A DNA stretch of 64,000 nt. It comes from Eledone cirrhosa (taxonomy: Eukaryota). Each line of letters starts with the position of its first letter. The stretch's first letter is position 1. Location of the stretch: the NCBI GenBank assembly GCA_964016885.1, contig OZ024740.1:139934001-139998000 (forward strand). Reading direction: 5' to 3'. Below, piece by piece: positions 40,366 to 54,853 of this stretch. Made by a program: the position numbers and the translations under genes. The notes under the pieces were generated by a model. The model saw only the letters and a program-made list of their open reading frames with translations, was not told where the DNA came from and did no database searches.

Positions 40366-40964
40366 CTGTCTGTGTGAGTACGTGTGTGTGTGTGTAAGTG
40401 TATACATGTGTTTGTGTGTGTATGTAATTATGATATAATTTTAATTATAGTGTGTGTGTGTGTGTGTGAAGAGTTGGTAGGGACGGTAAATGTAAAGGAT
40501 GGGTGAAAGTTTGTTGTCATAGTTACTGGCATGCAGCCAAATATTTAAGTATGGGGTGGGGGTGACTGTGTGTTTGGTTTGCGGTCTAATAAAGCTGATG
40601 TGGTGTCAGATGAGATAAATATAACTGTTGACAACATTGGCGACATTAGGTCGTGGGGCTGGTGTGAATGGTAAAATGTCACATGAGCGACATCTTCCTT
40701 TCCAGGCTCATCATTATCACCACCGCCCGCCCGTCTGACATCATCACGATATACTTCTACTAATTTCCACCAATATTATTACGAACAAAAGAAATAACAC
40801 CCAGAACCTATGTAAATTCCAACACAACCATTAAACAAACCACCACAGCCACCACTACCTCTACCTCCAACAATAATACAACACCCATCACAACCGTTAT
40901 CACCATCACTAGCATTACCGCCATGATATATTCTACTATTACTATACTATTACTACCGATATTA

Positions 40965-41151
40965 AAGGGCGGTGAATTGGCAGTATCGATAGAGGGTTGG
41001 ACGCCATGCTTTCTAGCATAGTTACATCCCTTTACGGTCTGAGTTCAAATCCCGTCAAGGTTAACTTTGCCTTTCATCCTTACGGGGTCGATAAAATAAA
41101 GTACCAGTAATGTACTGGATGATTGCTGGCCTTGTGCCAAAAGTAGAAACA
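40965..41151 (+). mobile_element. SINE family A with TSD
   Basis: TSD ACTATTACTACCGATATTA at 40946-40964 and 41152-41170. Confidence 0.93.
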
Positions 41152-41180
41152 ACTATTACTACCGATATTAGCTGCAAGAT

Positions 41181-42125
41181 CCACCACCAACACCACCACC
41201 ACCACCACCACCGCCATCACTCACCACCACCCACTACCATCACTACCACCACCACCACCATCACCACCATCACTACCACCACCACCATCGCTACCACCAC
41301 CACCACCACCATCACTACCACCATCACTACCACCACCACCACCATCACTACTACCACCACCACCATCACTACCACCACCACCACTACCACCACCACCGTC
41401 GCTACCACCACCACCACCATCACTACCACCATCGCTACCACCACCACTACCACCATCACTACCACCAACACCACCACCACCACCACCACCGCCATCACTC
41501 ACCACCACCCACTACCATCACTACCACCACCACCACCATCACCACCATCACTACCACCACCACCATCGCTACCACCACCACCACCATCACTACCACCATC
41601 ACTACCACCACCATCACTACCACCACCACCATCACTACCACCACCACCACCACCACTACCACCACCACCGTCGCTACCACCACCACCACCATCACTACCA
41701 CCATCGCTACCACCACCACTACCACCATCACTACCACCACCACCACCATCACTACCACGACCACCACCACCACTACCACCACCACCGTCGCTACCACCAC
41801 CACCACCATCACTACCACCATCACTACCACCACCACCATCACTACCACCACCACCACCATCACCACCACCACCACCACCACCACTACCACCACCACCGTC
41901 GCTACCACCACCACCACCATCACTACCACCATCGCTACCACCACCTCCACCACCACCACTACCATCACCACCACTACCACCATCACTACCACCACCACCA
42001 CCATCACTACCACCATCGCTACCACCACCTCCACCACCACCACTACCATCACCACCACTACCACCATCACTACCACCACCACCACCATCACTACCACCAT
42101 CACTACACCACCACCACTACCACCG
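41181..42125. repeat. Degenerate (CAC/CAT/TAC)n trinucleotide array
   Basis: Low-complexity repeat that produces poly-T/poly-P ORF artefacts. Confidence 0.95.
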
Positions 42126-42266
42126 CCCCCAACGCTATTACAGTAATGCCCCCTACTACCACCATCACTACAAAATACCAACTAATACCACCAATGTTAG
42201 CAGTATGACCAGACCACCCCACTAAATTCCACATACTCCCCTCATCCCCCCTCATAACTAACGTTG

Positions 42267-44564
42267 CCATTATAACAACAACTATAACCTAACCACTATC
42301 ATCACTGCCACCTTACCATTATAACAACAACTATAACCACTATCATCACTGCCACCTTACCATTATAACAACAACTATAACCACTATTATCACTGCCACC
42401 TTACCATTATAACAACAACTATAACCACTATCATCACTGCCACCTTACCATTATAACAACAACTATAACCTAACCACTATCATCACTGCCACCTTACCAT
42501 TATAACAACAACTATAACCTAACCACTATCATCACTGCCACCTTACCATTATAACAACAACTATAACCACTATTATCACTGCCACCTTACCATTATAACA
42601 ACAACTATAACCACTATTATCACTGCCACCTTACCATTATAACAACAACTATAACCACTATTATCACTGCCACCTTACCATTATAACAACAACTATAACC
42701 TAACCACTATCATCACTGCCACCTTACCATTATAACAACAACTATAACCACTATCATCACTGCCACCTTACCATTATAACAACAACTATAACCACTATCA
42801 TCACTGCCACCTTACCATTATAACAACAACTATAACCTAACCACTATTATCACTGCCACCTTACCATTATAACAACAACTATAACCACTATCATCACTGC
42901 CACCTTACCATTATAACAACAACTATAACCACTATTATCACTGCCACCTTACCATTATAACAACAACTATAACCACTATTATCACTGCCACCTTACCATT
43001 ATAACAACAACTATAACCACTATTATCACTGCCACCTTACCATTATAACAACAACTATAACCTAACCACTATCATCACTGCCACCTTACCATTATAACAA
43101 CAACTATAACCACTATCATCACTGCCACCTTACCATTATAACAACAACTATAACCTAACCACTATCATCACTGCCACCTTACCATTATAACAACAACTAT
43201 AACCTAACCACTATTATCACTGCCACCTTACCATTATAACAACAACTATAACCACTATCATCACTGCCACCTTACCATTATAACAACAACTATAACCTAA
43301 CCACTATCATCACTGCCACCTTACCATTATAACAACAACTATAACCTAACCACTATCATCACTGCCACCTTACCATTATAACAACAACTATAACCACTAT
43401 TATCACTGCCACCTTACCATTATAACAACAACTATAACCACTATTATCACTGCCACCTTACCATTATAACAACAACTATAACCACTATTATCACTGCCAC
43501 CTTACCATTATAACAACAACTATAACCACTATCATCACTGCCACCTTACCATTATAACAACAACTATAACCTAACCACTATCATCACTGCCACCTTACCA
43601 TTATAACAACAACTATAACCTAACCACTATTATCACTGCCACCTTACCATTATAACAACAACTATAACCACTATTATCACTGCCACCTTACCATTATAAC
43701 AACAACTATAACCACTATTATCACTGCCACCTTACCATTATAACAACAACTATAACCACTATTATCACTGCCACCTTACCATTATAACAACAACTATAAC
43801 CACTATTATCACTGCCACCTTACCATTATAACAACAACTATAACCACTATTATCACTGCCACCTTACCATTATAACAACAACTATAACCACTATTATCAC
43901 TGCCACCTTACCATTATAACAACAACTATAACCACTATTATCACTGCCACCTTACCATTATAACAACAACTATAACCACTATTATCACTGCCACCTTACC
44001 ATTATAACAACAACTATAACCACTATTATCACTGCCACCTTACCATTATAACAACAACTATAACCACTATTATCACTGCCACCTTACCATTATAACAACA
44101 ACTATAACCACTATTATCACTGCCACCTTACCATTATAACAACAACTATAACCACTATTATCACTGCCACCTTACCATTATAACAACAACTATAACCACT
44201 ATTATCACTGCCACCTTACCATTATAACAACAACTATAACCACTATTATCACTGCCACCTTACCATTATAACAACAACTATAACCACTATTATCACTGCC
44301 ACCTTACCATTATAACAACAACTATAACCACTATCACTGCCACCTTACCATTATAACAACAACTATAACCACTATTATCACTGCCACCTTACCATTATAA
44401 CAACAACTATAACCACTATTATCACTGCCACCTTACCATTATAACAACAACTATAACCACTATTATCACTGCCACCTTACCATTATAACAACAACTATAA
44501 CCACTATCACTGCCACCTTACCATTATAACAACAACTATAACCACTATTATCACTGCCACCTTA
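42267..44564. repeat. Minisatellite, about 50 copies of a 44-bp unit (49- and 41-bp variants)
   Basis: Unit CCATTATAACAACAACTATAAC(CTAAC)CACTAT(T/C)ATCACTGCCACCTTA, head-to-tail with no spacers. Confidence 0.98.
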
Positions 44565-44691
44565 AGCAACACAGTCACCATCGTCGTTGACAGTGAAAAT
44601 TACTGTTTATCTACAATTTGTCAGCGACTGACGTTTGGGGGTTCCTTGTGTCACTACACGGCTCTCGTTGAAGCACTTCTTGTAGGTGTTA

Positions 44692-44872
44692 TTGGCAGTA
44701 TCGGTAGACGGTCGGACGCCATCTTTTCTAGCATAGTTACGTCCCTTTACGGTCTGAGTTCAAATCCAGCCGAGGTTAACTTTGCCTTTCATCCTTACGG
44801 GGTCGATAAAATAAAGTACCAGTAATGTACTGGAGTAATTGCTGGCCTTGTGCCAAAAGTAGAAACAATTAT
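44692..44872 (+). mobile_element. SINE family A
   Basis: Consensus match. Confidence 0.9.
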
Positions 44873-45357
44873 TGTTGTTGTTGTTTTAGTGGTGATGGTG
44901 GTTGAGGGGAAGGAGGAGGAAGAGGAGTAAGAGGAGGAGGAGGGTGTGGTGGTGGTGGTGGTGGTGGTGGTGGTGGTGGCGGTGGTGGTGTGGTTGATGG
45001 TGTTAGTGACGGTGATTTGATGATGATAATGATGATGACGGTGATGATGATTTGATGGAGATGATTGTGATGGTGATGAATGTGATGATGATGATGATTG
45101 TGATGATGATGATGATGATGATGACAAAGATGAGGAAAGAGTGAAAGAAGAAAATAAGGAAAAAAATAGAAAATTTGATATGAATGTAGCAAGAAAGCCA
45201 CAGAAAGAGATCTAACAGTAACAATACTGCAGACTAACATGTCTAAGGTTGAACAAGAAGAAAACAAAATATATTCACTCACACACAAAAGGACAACTAA
45301 TCAAAACAAAGGAATTGATAAATATTGAATTGACATGCGTAACATAGAATGTAAGTC

Positions 45358-45632
45358 AATGGTTTAGTGGTTAGACTGTTGGGTTCATGACTGTAAGGTT
45401 ATGAGTTAGATTCCCTGACCGAGCGGTGGTGCGTTGTGCTCTTGAGCGAGATACTTTATTTCACGTTGCTCCAGTCAGATGGAAAAAAAATTAGATGCGA
45501 CATCACTGGTGCCAAGCTCTATCGGACTTTGCCTTTCCTTTGGACAACATCAGTGACTTGGAGAGGGGAGACATTTATGCTTGGACGACTGCTTGAGGAA
45601 CATTCCAGGAGCAAACATGTGATCAGTCATGA
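45358..45632 (+). mobile_element. SINE family B-related
   Basis: tRNA-like head TAGTGGTTAG...GAGTTAGATTCCC and TTGTGCTCTTGAGCGAGATACTTTATTTCACGTTGCTCCAGTC core. Confidence 0.75.
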
Positions 45633-45729
45633 CTGAAGGAAGCCATGTTGAAAGTAACTAAAAGAAGAAACAAACAAAAGAAAAAAAGACTGAAAGGGAT
45701 AAAAGATAGGAAGCTTATGAAAACTGACC

Positions 45730-45812
<83 letters not shown>

Positions 45813-46201
45813 ATGTATGTATGTATGTATGTATGTATGTATGTATGTATGTATGTATGTATGTGCGTATATATGTATACACATGAGACCATGTATGTGT
45901 ATGTATGAATAGATGTGCCTATCTCTCTATATATATACATAAAAGATTTTATGGTATGTTACATTTAGTTTATCTACACAACGTTTCACAGATAACCCTG
46001 CTATAAACAATATAAACAAATGATACCACAAACCAGAAACTATGAATTCGAAGATATAGTTTATGAGTCTCAGCTTACACGTTGTTGAGACGGGGCGACC
46101 ACTGACTAGTGAAACATCAAACATATTTGATAAATTCCAACACCACTGTAACCACTATTGGTCCTGCCATTGCTACCACCACCACCAACACAATCAGCAT
46201 T

Positions 46202-46233
<32 letters not shown>

Positions 46234-46544
46234 TTTCACCTAAACCACCACCACCATCATCACCACCATCACAATTCTCTATTATTATATGTTAGTTGTA
46301 ATCTTCTAGCGGAAACAATTTATCACAACTAAACAAACGAGACGAGACTAAAGGAAAAGAACGGAGGAATTGTTCCAGTTTGGGTAATGAGTAGTCAGCT
46401 ACCTAGAAATACTTATATTAACCCCTTTAATACCAACCCGCCTGAAACCACTTCTGGTCCTAAGATACAAAGCCTTAGTTTTTAAAGGCTCGTACTTATA
46501 ATTATATTAAAAGCTTAATATATTTATATTAATACTTTTAGTGA

Positions 46545-46852
46545 AGGCACGTGCCGCAGTGGTTATGATGTTTGGCTCACGACTTCAAGTTCGAGTTCAA
46601 TTCCTTGACCGGACAAGGCACTTTATTTCATGTTGCTCCAGTCCACACAGCTAGCAAAAATGAGTTGTAACTGTAATTGAAGAGGCTAGCATTGTCACAC
46701 ATTGTATCATGCCGAATCTCCATGAGAATTACATTATGGATACACGTGTCTGGGGAATGCTCAGCCACTCACTCGTTAATTTCATGAGCAGACAATTCCC
46801 TTGATCGGATTAATTGGTGGTCGCCTCGTCGGAAACGACGGAGGTCCAACAA
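46545..46852 (+). mobile_element. SINE family B
   Basis: tRNA-like head and CAAGGCACTTTATTTCATGTTGCTCCAGTCCAC core. Confidence 0.75.
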
Positions 46853-47191
46853 ACAATTAAAACCGTCTACCATAATTTTATCTAAGAACTGGATTTTTCT
46901 GTTTAACGAACAATGTCCAATTATTTTGTAAATTTCTACACAGATATAGTTTCATGCTGATTGCGAAAATTAGCCAAATTTTTGAGAAATTAATAATTCT
47001 TTCTAATTTTAACATAAAGCCATCAGTTGGGATGGGTGAGTCGATTATATTTTCCCCCCAGTACTTGATATGTACTTTATTCTATCGACCTTGGAAGGAA
47101 GAAAAAAAGTTGACCTCGGCGGGATTTGAACAGATACCGCAAAACATTCTGTCAATCAACCGCCCTCTTTTGAGAAATTAATAATAATAAT

Positions 47192-47991
47192 GATTTCTAC
47201 TATAGGCACAAGACCAGCAATTTTGGGAGAGGAGAAAGTTGATTAAATTGACCCCAGTGAATTACTGGTACTTTATTTTATCGACTTCGTAAGGATGAAA
47301 AACAAAGCTAACCTCGGCAGGATTTGAACTCAGATCGTAAAGGGCCCTAACGCTATGCTGCAAAGCATGGTGTCCGACTCTGTAGGGGTTCTGCCAATCC
47401 ACTGTCCTTACTGAGGAATTAATAATAATTGTTTCTACTTTTGGCACAAGGCCAGAAATTAACCAGTGTATTACTGGTACTTTATTTTATCGACCCCTTA
47501 AGGATGAAAGGCACAGTTAACCTCGGCGGGATTTGCACTCAGAATGGTAAGGGCCGTAACTCTATGCGTCAAAGCATGGTGTCCGACTCTACCGATACTG
47601 CCAATCCACCATAATAATTGTTTATACTTTTGGCACAAGGCCAGCAATTATCCCAGTGTATTACTGGTACTTTATTTTATCAACCCCGTAAGGATGAAAG
47701 GCAAAGTTAACCTTGGCGAGATTTGAACTCAGATCATAAAGGGCCGTAACTCTATGTTTCAAACCATGGTGTCCGACTCTACCGATACTGCCAATCCACC
47801 ACTATAATAATTGTTTCTACGTTTGGCACAAGGCCAGCAATTATCCAGTGTATTACTGGTACTTTATTTTATCGACCCCGTAAGGATGAAAGGAAAAGTT
47901 AACCTCGGTTGGATTTGAACTCAGATCATAAAGGGCCGTAGCTCTATACGTCAAAGCATGGCGTCCGACCCTCTACCGATACTGCCAATCC
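47192..47991 (-). mobile_element. Cluster of four same-orientation SINE family A copies (last three head-to-tail)
   Basis: Units at about 47192-47404, 47426-47610, 47614-47800 and 47808-47991. Confidence 0.92.
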
Positions 47992-48194
47992 AGATAATAA
48001 TGATATTAATTAGGACCCTTTAAAAATGTATTTTAAAATAATTGTAGCCAATCGGATTTATCCTTCCCCATTAGACCAGCCAATAGCAAAACAGCAAAAA
48101 AAAAAATAAATAAATAAACACGGTAAAGAATCCAATTATTTTTTACATTTCTTTCAAGATTTTGTTTATTATTTTCAAATTTAATTGGAACACA

Positions 48195-48590
48195 ATCTAA
48201 TCTAATCTAATCTAGCCGAGTTTACACTCGCAAATAAGAAGAACCAGGACCGCCCAAAGGATCACTGGATTTGGTGTATTTCATATTTGTTTCTGTTGCT
48301 GAATACAATCAGGAAACGCAGCTTCTCCTGAAGGTCAATAGTTCTCTTCTAACTCGAGCGGTTAATTTGCATTGATCATCTGCAAAGCCGCATTGTTCTC
48401 AGAACCACTACACCAGTCTTCTGATGCATGCAGCTGGAACTACTGCCACGCATGGATTTGGCAGGATTTTTTTTTAAAGATGGCCGTTGACCATGAGTTC
48501 TTCCGCCCTTTGTCGGGTTTTGTTTTTTGTCCTCCATGGTTCCAAACTCACCCTCCTCACCAAGTAAATTTGGTGGGGTTGCCGGTTTGA
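48195..48590 (-). mobile_element. Short non-autonomous retroposon with (TAGAT)n tail; head homologous to 23173-23291
   Basis: Shared head sequence; AATCT repeats at 48194-48213. Confidence 0.55.
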
Positions 48591-49769
48591 AACACATAAA
48601 CAGTAATTAAAAACATGGTAACAAGAAGGTTAAAGATAGAAACGGTAGAGCGACTGTCAAAAGGTCTTCTTTATGATATCTAGTTATATCCCTAATGCAT
48701 TTCTGTGCTCAAATCCTATCCCATAATCAACAAAACTTGCCATTCAAACTACTGAACTCAATGCAGTTGACTAATAGCCTAAATCCTTGGTAATTGTTCA
48801 GGTTCCCTATATTCTTCGTTCAAATCTCACCTAGGTCAAAATTGCCTACAGTGGATTGGTAGAATTGTTAAAAAATCGGGCGAGATGCTTTGCGGTATCT
48901 TTTCTAGCACTGTGTGGTCTCAGTTCAAATCCTGACTCCTGTCACCAGAAAAGCAGTGACGCTTCTGCCAACAATAAAAAAGACAATAGAAACAACTTAT
49001 TTGAAAGGGTCAGACGATTCTCTCCTTTGTATTCTTGAATAAACTTTGTCCTATACTTAAATCAGAAAATTCATACACAAACACGGAATACATAAAGATA
49101 TAACAAGTAACAGCGTGGCGGGTGAGAATATACTAATTAATGGAGACTTCACTATTTATCTTCCTTGTCGACAAGACAGATTGTAAAACAACGAAAAAAA
49201 TGATAAAACCTCTCCCGTCGAAATAAACAAACAAGTATAAAAGCCGAGGAAGATAAAGAAAATATGAGAAACAAAAGAAGTAAAGGCACGCCACCCCCAC
49301 TCCGAAAAGTAGTGAGAAAAAAAATACGAGCATTGGAAATGCTAACTATTACAATAAAACGAGACAAAAGCTATCTTGAGAACATGATAGAATAATTTAG
49401 GAAAAAAGAATATCAGTAAAACGTAGAATGATAATGAAATTTAGTCCCGTGTAAATATATTATGTATTAGCACTTTAACTGGTGTTGAAAGCGAACTGTA
49501 TACACCTTCAACTAACTCTACATCCAAGTTTGGAGGAGTTGGCAAGATAAGGGAAGATAAGAGAAGTATATCGTTCGAAACCAAAAATCCATTGTCTTGG
49601 CGCTGTAAACTAAAGAAATCTCACAAATGTATGTTACACACACAGACGCACACGAACACGCACGCACACACACACACACACATTATGCATATATACATAT
49701 ATACATATATATGTTCCTTTTGTGTTCAGACCTGGAAAGGGATGTATGTATGTATGTACATATAGACAT

Positions 49770-49849
<80 letters not shown>

Positions 49850-49850
<1 letters not shown>

Positions 49851-50380
49851 AGGAATGTGTGTTTTCCCTGCCCTTTGAATGTATACGTTGTGAGTTCCGA
49901 ATAATTTCTTTCAACACGTCTGCATATATCATTAATGCTCTCAATCTTAAAGTTTTGGAAGGAGGATTCTGCAGTCACAACTTGGTCGTTGAGAGGGGAT
50001 AACTTGCTGTGTGTTTTCGGATTTGTTAAACAATGTTATTCAGTAGGAATAACTGATCCTAATGTTATTATTATCGAAGAGCTGATTGTATTTGTGTGGC
50101 AGTAGAAATGCCTTACTATATATTAGTGACTACATTCTCATATCGAATGGCAGATTAAGTCAAATTACCTTCTCCTTTCTAAATCTGCAATGTTTTTTAG
50201 GGGGTAGTGCTCGGATCAACCCTTCCCAACTAATAGCTTTCCACTAAATCCACGCCTAGGTAGTGCCTCGTTAGATATGGAGGCGTCCATGTTAAAGATC
50301 TTCATGTCTGGTGATAGAGACTTTTTAAATTATTCCAATGGGAACATTTCTAATTATCACTAGTGGGGTTGGATTTACAT
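49850..50380 (-). pseudogene. Highly decayed Penelope-like (Naiad-type) relic
   Basis: Minus strand reads KVI*LNLPF...PHKYNQLFDNNNIRISYS, matching RVTWYNAPF...HKYHQILNRSTVKFSYS of the 36.5-kb element. Confidence 0.5.
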
Positions 50381-51099
50381 GTATGTATATAATGCCCTCG
50401 TTTTACTTTGTGTGCTGAGATGTTTGCAAATGATTAAAGCTAGTGATATATGTATTCTTTATTCTCTGTTCGTATATAGGACCTGAGAAAATTGGAGCAT
50501 GTATACCTTTAAGATTACAAGTGAAAGAAAACTTTCACAGCACACAAAAGAAACAATGAAATTTACAGCTCACATCTGTACTGGTTTAGCTGGCCATAAC
50601 ACGAATCCACGACGTTAAGATTCTGTGTCTAACACCCTAACCTCTAATCCACGTGCTATCACAATACAGTCTGAGAATTTATAGATAGAAATCAATTGAC
50701 GAGAATTTGTCCTATGGTGTGTCATGAACGTACAGGTTCGTCCATTCATCGAAACTTTGGGTAATTCACGGGTGAGTCATCAATTGATTCCTAATAAATA
50801 TATACTCTATGCAAGGAATCCGTAGATCCCCGTGGGTATAGGGTCCGTGATATGACATAAAAATGGTTTCGAAGTGTTGCAATATTTCTACATATAATTC
50901 TCATTCTTCATAAATCATGCAATACTTCTACTATAGTTTATATTATATGATATAGTAGAGTGATTCCAGCCTGGTGATTACTAGGGTTCACAAGCTAAAT
51001 TCAAAACCTTGAGAAGCAATTGTAGCGAAGCAGCGAAAATTCATTTAACTTTTTTGATACCAACTGGTTCCATGATATGAAACAACCATTTTAAAGAGT

Positions 51100-51262
51100 T
51101 ACTATTTAAATTAGAATCTTCTAACAAGTTATTTCCTCCGTAAAATCGGAAGATAGCAGCCCGCTTTGGGAAGGAGCCCCGTGAGGTGTGGTAGTTGCTG
51201 CAACAGGTATCTTTGGTCATTCTCTGCGGTAATACCTTTGCCATTTTATCCGCAGGGCGCAG
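51100..51262 (+). mobile_element. Decayed CRE-like 3' fragment
   Basis: QQVSLVILCGNTFAILSAG resembles the RLE C-terminus QRVSLAVFRGNAFSILSAG. Confidence 0.55.
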
Positions 51263-51409
51263 CTGAAACACCGTTCAGACTGGGGTATAGTATATATCCC
51301 TCCCCTCTCCTTTTCTTTTGCTACTTAATGCCTTTCTTTTCATTCCCTTTTTTGTTCCCTTAAATAATGTGTTTTATTTTTGTATAAACTGCTATGTAAA
51401 ATGAATATA

Positions 51410-51484
<75 letters not shown>

Positions 51485-51672
51485 AAATTTGCATTCCTCG
51501 TAATGAAACAATGAATAATTTTAGTAACTCTCCCAAACATTCTTCATTAATTAATTGAAATAATTTATTAGAAATAGGATCACGAAATGATTTTAAATAC
51601 AAGGGGTCCTTGGTAGAGAATAAGTTAGAATGCCCTCTCTACGCTTTTTATTAAACATTATTTTCTTTCCGG

Positions 51673-51831
51673 ATGCCATGCTTTGACGCATAGAGTTACG
51701 GTCCTTGCCATTCTGAGTTCAAATCCCGCCGAGGTTAACTTTGCCTTTCATCCTTTCGGGGTCGATAAAATAAAGTACCAGTAATACACTGGGTTAATTG
51801 CTGGCCTTGTGACAAAAGTAGAAACAATTAT
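51673..51831 (+). mobile_element. SINE family A (5' truncated)
   Basis: Consensus match. Confidence 0.88.
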
Positions 51832-52312
51832 TTTCTTTCATTTGCAAACATTAATTTGCATTAATATATTTTTAGAACTCTGCCATGAAAATCACTTTTG
51901 TTTGTTTCTTTTATTGTTTGTTTGTTTTTTAAAGATTATTTTTGCATCTTGTCATCCACCCCATCCCTCCGTGACAAAACACTGGAAAACAAGAGGAAAA
52001 TAAACCTCTCATTCTTTTATTCCACTATTCCATCTTTGTTCGTCATTCTCTCATACCGTTTATCTAGATTTCAATATAAAACAAATAAAAAAATAAAATA
52101 GAATAGAGAGAATAAGATATAGATATATAGAGAGAGAAAGAGGGAGATCGATATCTCATTATTATTCATAAATCGATATCAATCAACATGATGAATCATA
52201 TGCTACCACGTCAGGTATGTCTGCACTTCACCCACAAACTTCTACGTGAAAAAATACACATACATATATTTCAATATACATCCATACACATAACCGCCTA
52301 TATGTCCATATT

Positions 52313-52396
<84 letters not shown>

Positions 52397-52609
52397 CGTT
52401 GTTTCCATTCTCACCCCACCACCACCTATTAGTGGTATATTCATGCTATCAAGCATCATAAACGTTCGTCACCATCATCATCACCATCAACTGCATTATT
52501 ATCAATAAACTCCACAACCACCACCACCACCACCACCACCATATTGTATGTATATATATATATATATGTATGTATGTATACATACATACAGACACACATA
52601 AACACAAAT

Positions 52610-52680
<71 letters not shown>

Positions 52681-52682
52681 CG

Positions 52683-52968
52683 CGTGGCTACAGTTGATTC
52701 CACCAACGGAACTGCCTGCTCGTGAAATTAACATGTAAGTACTTGAGTACTCCAAAGACATATGTACTGTTAACGGAGTTCTCAGGGAGATCCAGCAGGA
52801 GGCAATGTCTGACAAGGCTGGCCCTACGAAGTCCGAGCTATCTTCTTTGGTTGCTGAGTTAACTGGAGAAACATGAGTGTCATGCTGACGGTCACAACGC
52901 AACGCCAGGTCTGGGAATCGAACACACTACCTTACGATCATGAGCCGAAGACCCTAACTACTGAGCCT
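52683..52968 (-). mobile_element. SINE family B
   Basis: tRNA-like head ...GGGAATCGAAC...CCCTAACTACTGAGCC. Confidence 0.75.
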
Positions 52969-53359
52969 GTGTATTTGTGTGTGTGTATACAAAGGCAGTG
53001 GTGGTGGTGGTTGTGGAGTTTATTGATGATGATGATAATAGTGATGATGATGGTGATGATGATGGTGATGATTTGTTATGATGCTTGATAACATGAGTAT
53101 AAGACTAATACGTGGTGGTTGGGTGAGAATGGAAAAATGTTATTCACTAATTAGATTACCTAGATTATCCCGTAATTAAGGGTTTACTGCTTTAGTAACA
53201 AGTTGCATCCTTTTTAGGCAGATTTTGTGGCATCCCTTCCACACACACACACACACACACATCTGTGCCCTAAAACACTCAAAAGGGAACAGTTTGGCAA
53301 TGATTATGATTTCTCTAGCAATAACGAAGATAACTACGTTAAAACAACATCTTCACAAC

Positions 53360-53672
53360 TGTCGGCATTACGTTGGACTAAATGCTTGGTGGCGTTTGTT
53401 CTGGCTCTTTAAGTTCTGCGTTCAACTCCCAACGAGGCCAACGTTGCCTTTCAGCTTTCTGGGTCGATAAAATAAAGTACCAGTCAAGTACTGGAGTCGA
53501 TAAAATAAAGTACCCGTCAAGGACTGGGATTGATAAAATATAGTACCAGTCCAGAACTGCGGTCGATATAATAAAGTACCAGTGAAGTATTGGGGGTTGA
53601 TGTAATCAACTTTCCCTAACCCCCCACCCCCTCCCCTCCAAAAATTGTTGTTCGTGTGTCTAAATTAAAAAT
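53360..53672 (+). mobile_element. SINE related to family A with four tandem copies of an about 34-bp internal unit
   Basis: GTCGATAAAATAAAGTACCAGTCAAGTACTGG repeated at 53463-53600. Confidence 0.7.
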
Positions 53673-53693
53673 CATTGTTATTAATAATAATAA

Positions 53694-53742
<49 letters not shown>

Positions 53743-54409
53743 AGTGCTATTTCCTGTCGTTCCTTCGTTTTCTTTGTTGCAAAAATAGAAACCACCATTA
53801 GTATTATATTTTTATAACAAGAAAAATAGAGAAAGAAAGAAAGAAATAAAGAATGAAAGAAAGGAAGAAAGAAAGAAAGGAAGGACAGAAGGAAGGAAGA
53901 AACGGAAGGAAAGGAAACGCGAGATCCCCTAATTTTGGGTGTAATTATTGGGTAAGTTGGCCTGCAGAAATGTATTATATTAAACGGTCAGAGCAGGGGA
54001 TGTGGTGCCAAAGATAGCGTGCAGGATTAACCCCTTTTATCTAATTCCATATCTTCACATTATAAAATAATAATCCCTTTTATCTAATTCCATATCTTCA
54101 CATTATAAAATAATAATCCCCACCACTACCACCACAATCCTAGATCTTCTATTTATCTTTAAGGATCTTATGTATATCAACGTATATCCTATAATTATCT
54201 TTAGGAACTTTATTGTATATATGATCCCAGATCTTTCATCTATCGCTTATTGTATCTACGAGCTTAATTCATCAAATTATATCTAAGGATCTTGTGTCTG
54301 TGAAGCCAGGATTTATAAACTAGGGTCCCCAAACGTTTTAGATAATCGACCCCTTCATGGAATCCTTGATCCCCCATCACTCCGGGCATGTACAAAAACA
54401 TATAATAAT

Positions 54410-54594
54410 AATTGTTTATACTTTTGGCATAAGGCCAGCAATTACCCCAGTGCATTACTGGTACCTTATTTTATCAACCCCGTAAGGATGAAAGGCAAAG
54501 TTAACCTCGGCAGGATTTGAACTCAGATCATAAAGGGGCGTAACTCTATGCTGAAAAGCATGGTGTCTAACGCTCTACCGATACTGCCAATCCA
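54410..54594 (-). mobile_element. SINE family A
   Basis: Consensus match. Confidence 0.9.
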
Positions 54595-54853
54595 CATCAA
54601 TAATAATAATGCGAGAGAAACTTCATAAATGATATAGGTCATATTAAATACATTAAAAACTACAAATTCCTCTTTTCATCAAAAATAAATTAAGATACCT
54701 TTTTATTGAATTGGTTGGCATCATTAATAGAAAAGATATGTTTGATGAGCATCAACAAGGACATTGATATTTGGTTGGAGACTGGTGAGTTTTAGTTGTA
54801 AGTCACCACACTCTTTCAGGTTCAATCTGTTCCTCTGCATTTTTAGAACTGTA

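Noticed and set aside
41110-42225. 371-aa His/Thr/Pro-rich extensin-like ORF
   Set aside because: Starts inside a SINE and consists of a trinucleotide repeat that is open in several frames; no gene evidence.
42267-44564. CRISPR-like or telomeric (TTAGG) array
   Set aside because: Units are contiguous with no unique spacers, there are no cas genes, and CCTAA occurs only singly in some units.
50150-50175. In-frame TGA in the PLE relic as selenocysteine
   Set aside because: It sits at a conserved Trp position in a heavily decayed copy; a TGG>TGA mutation is simpler.
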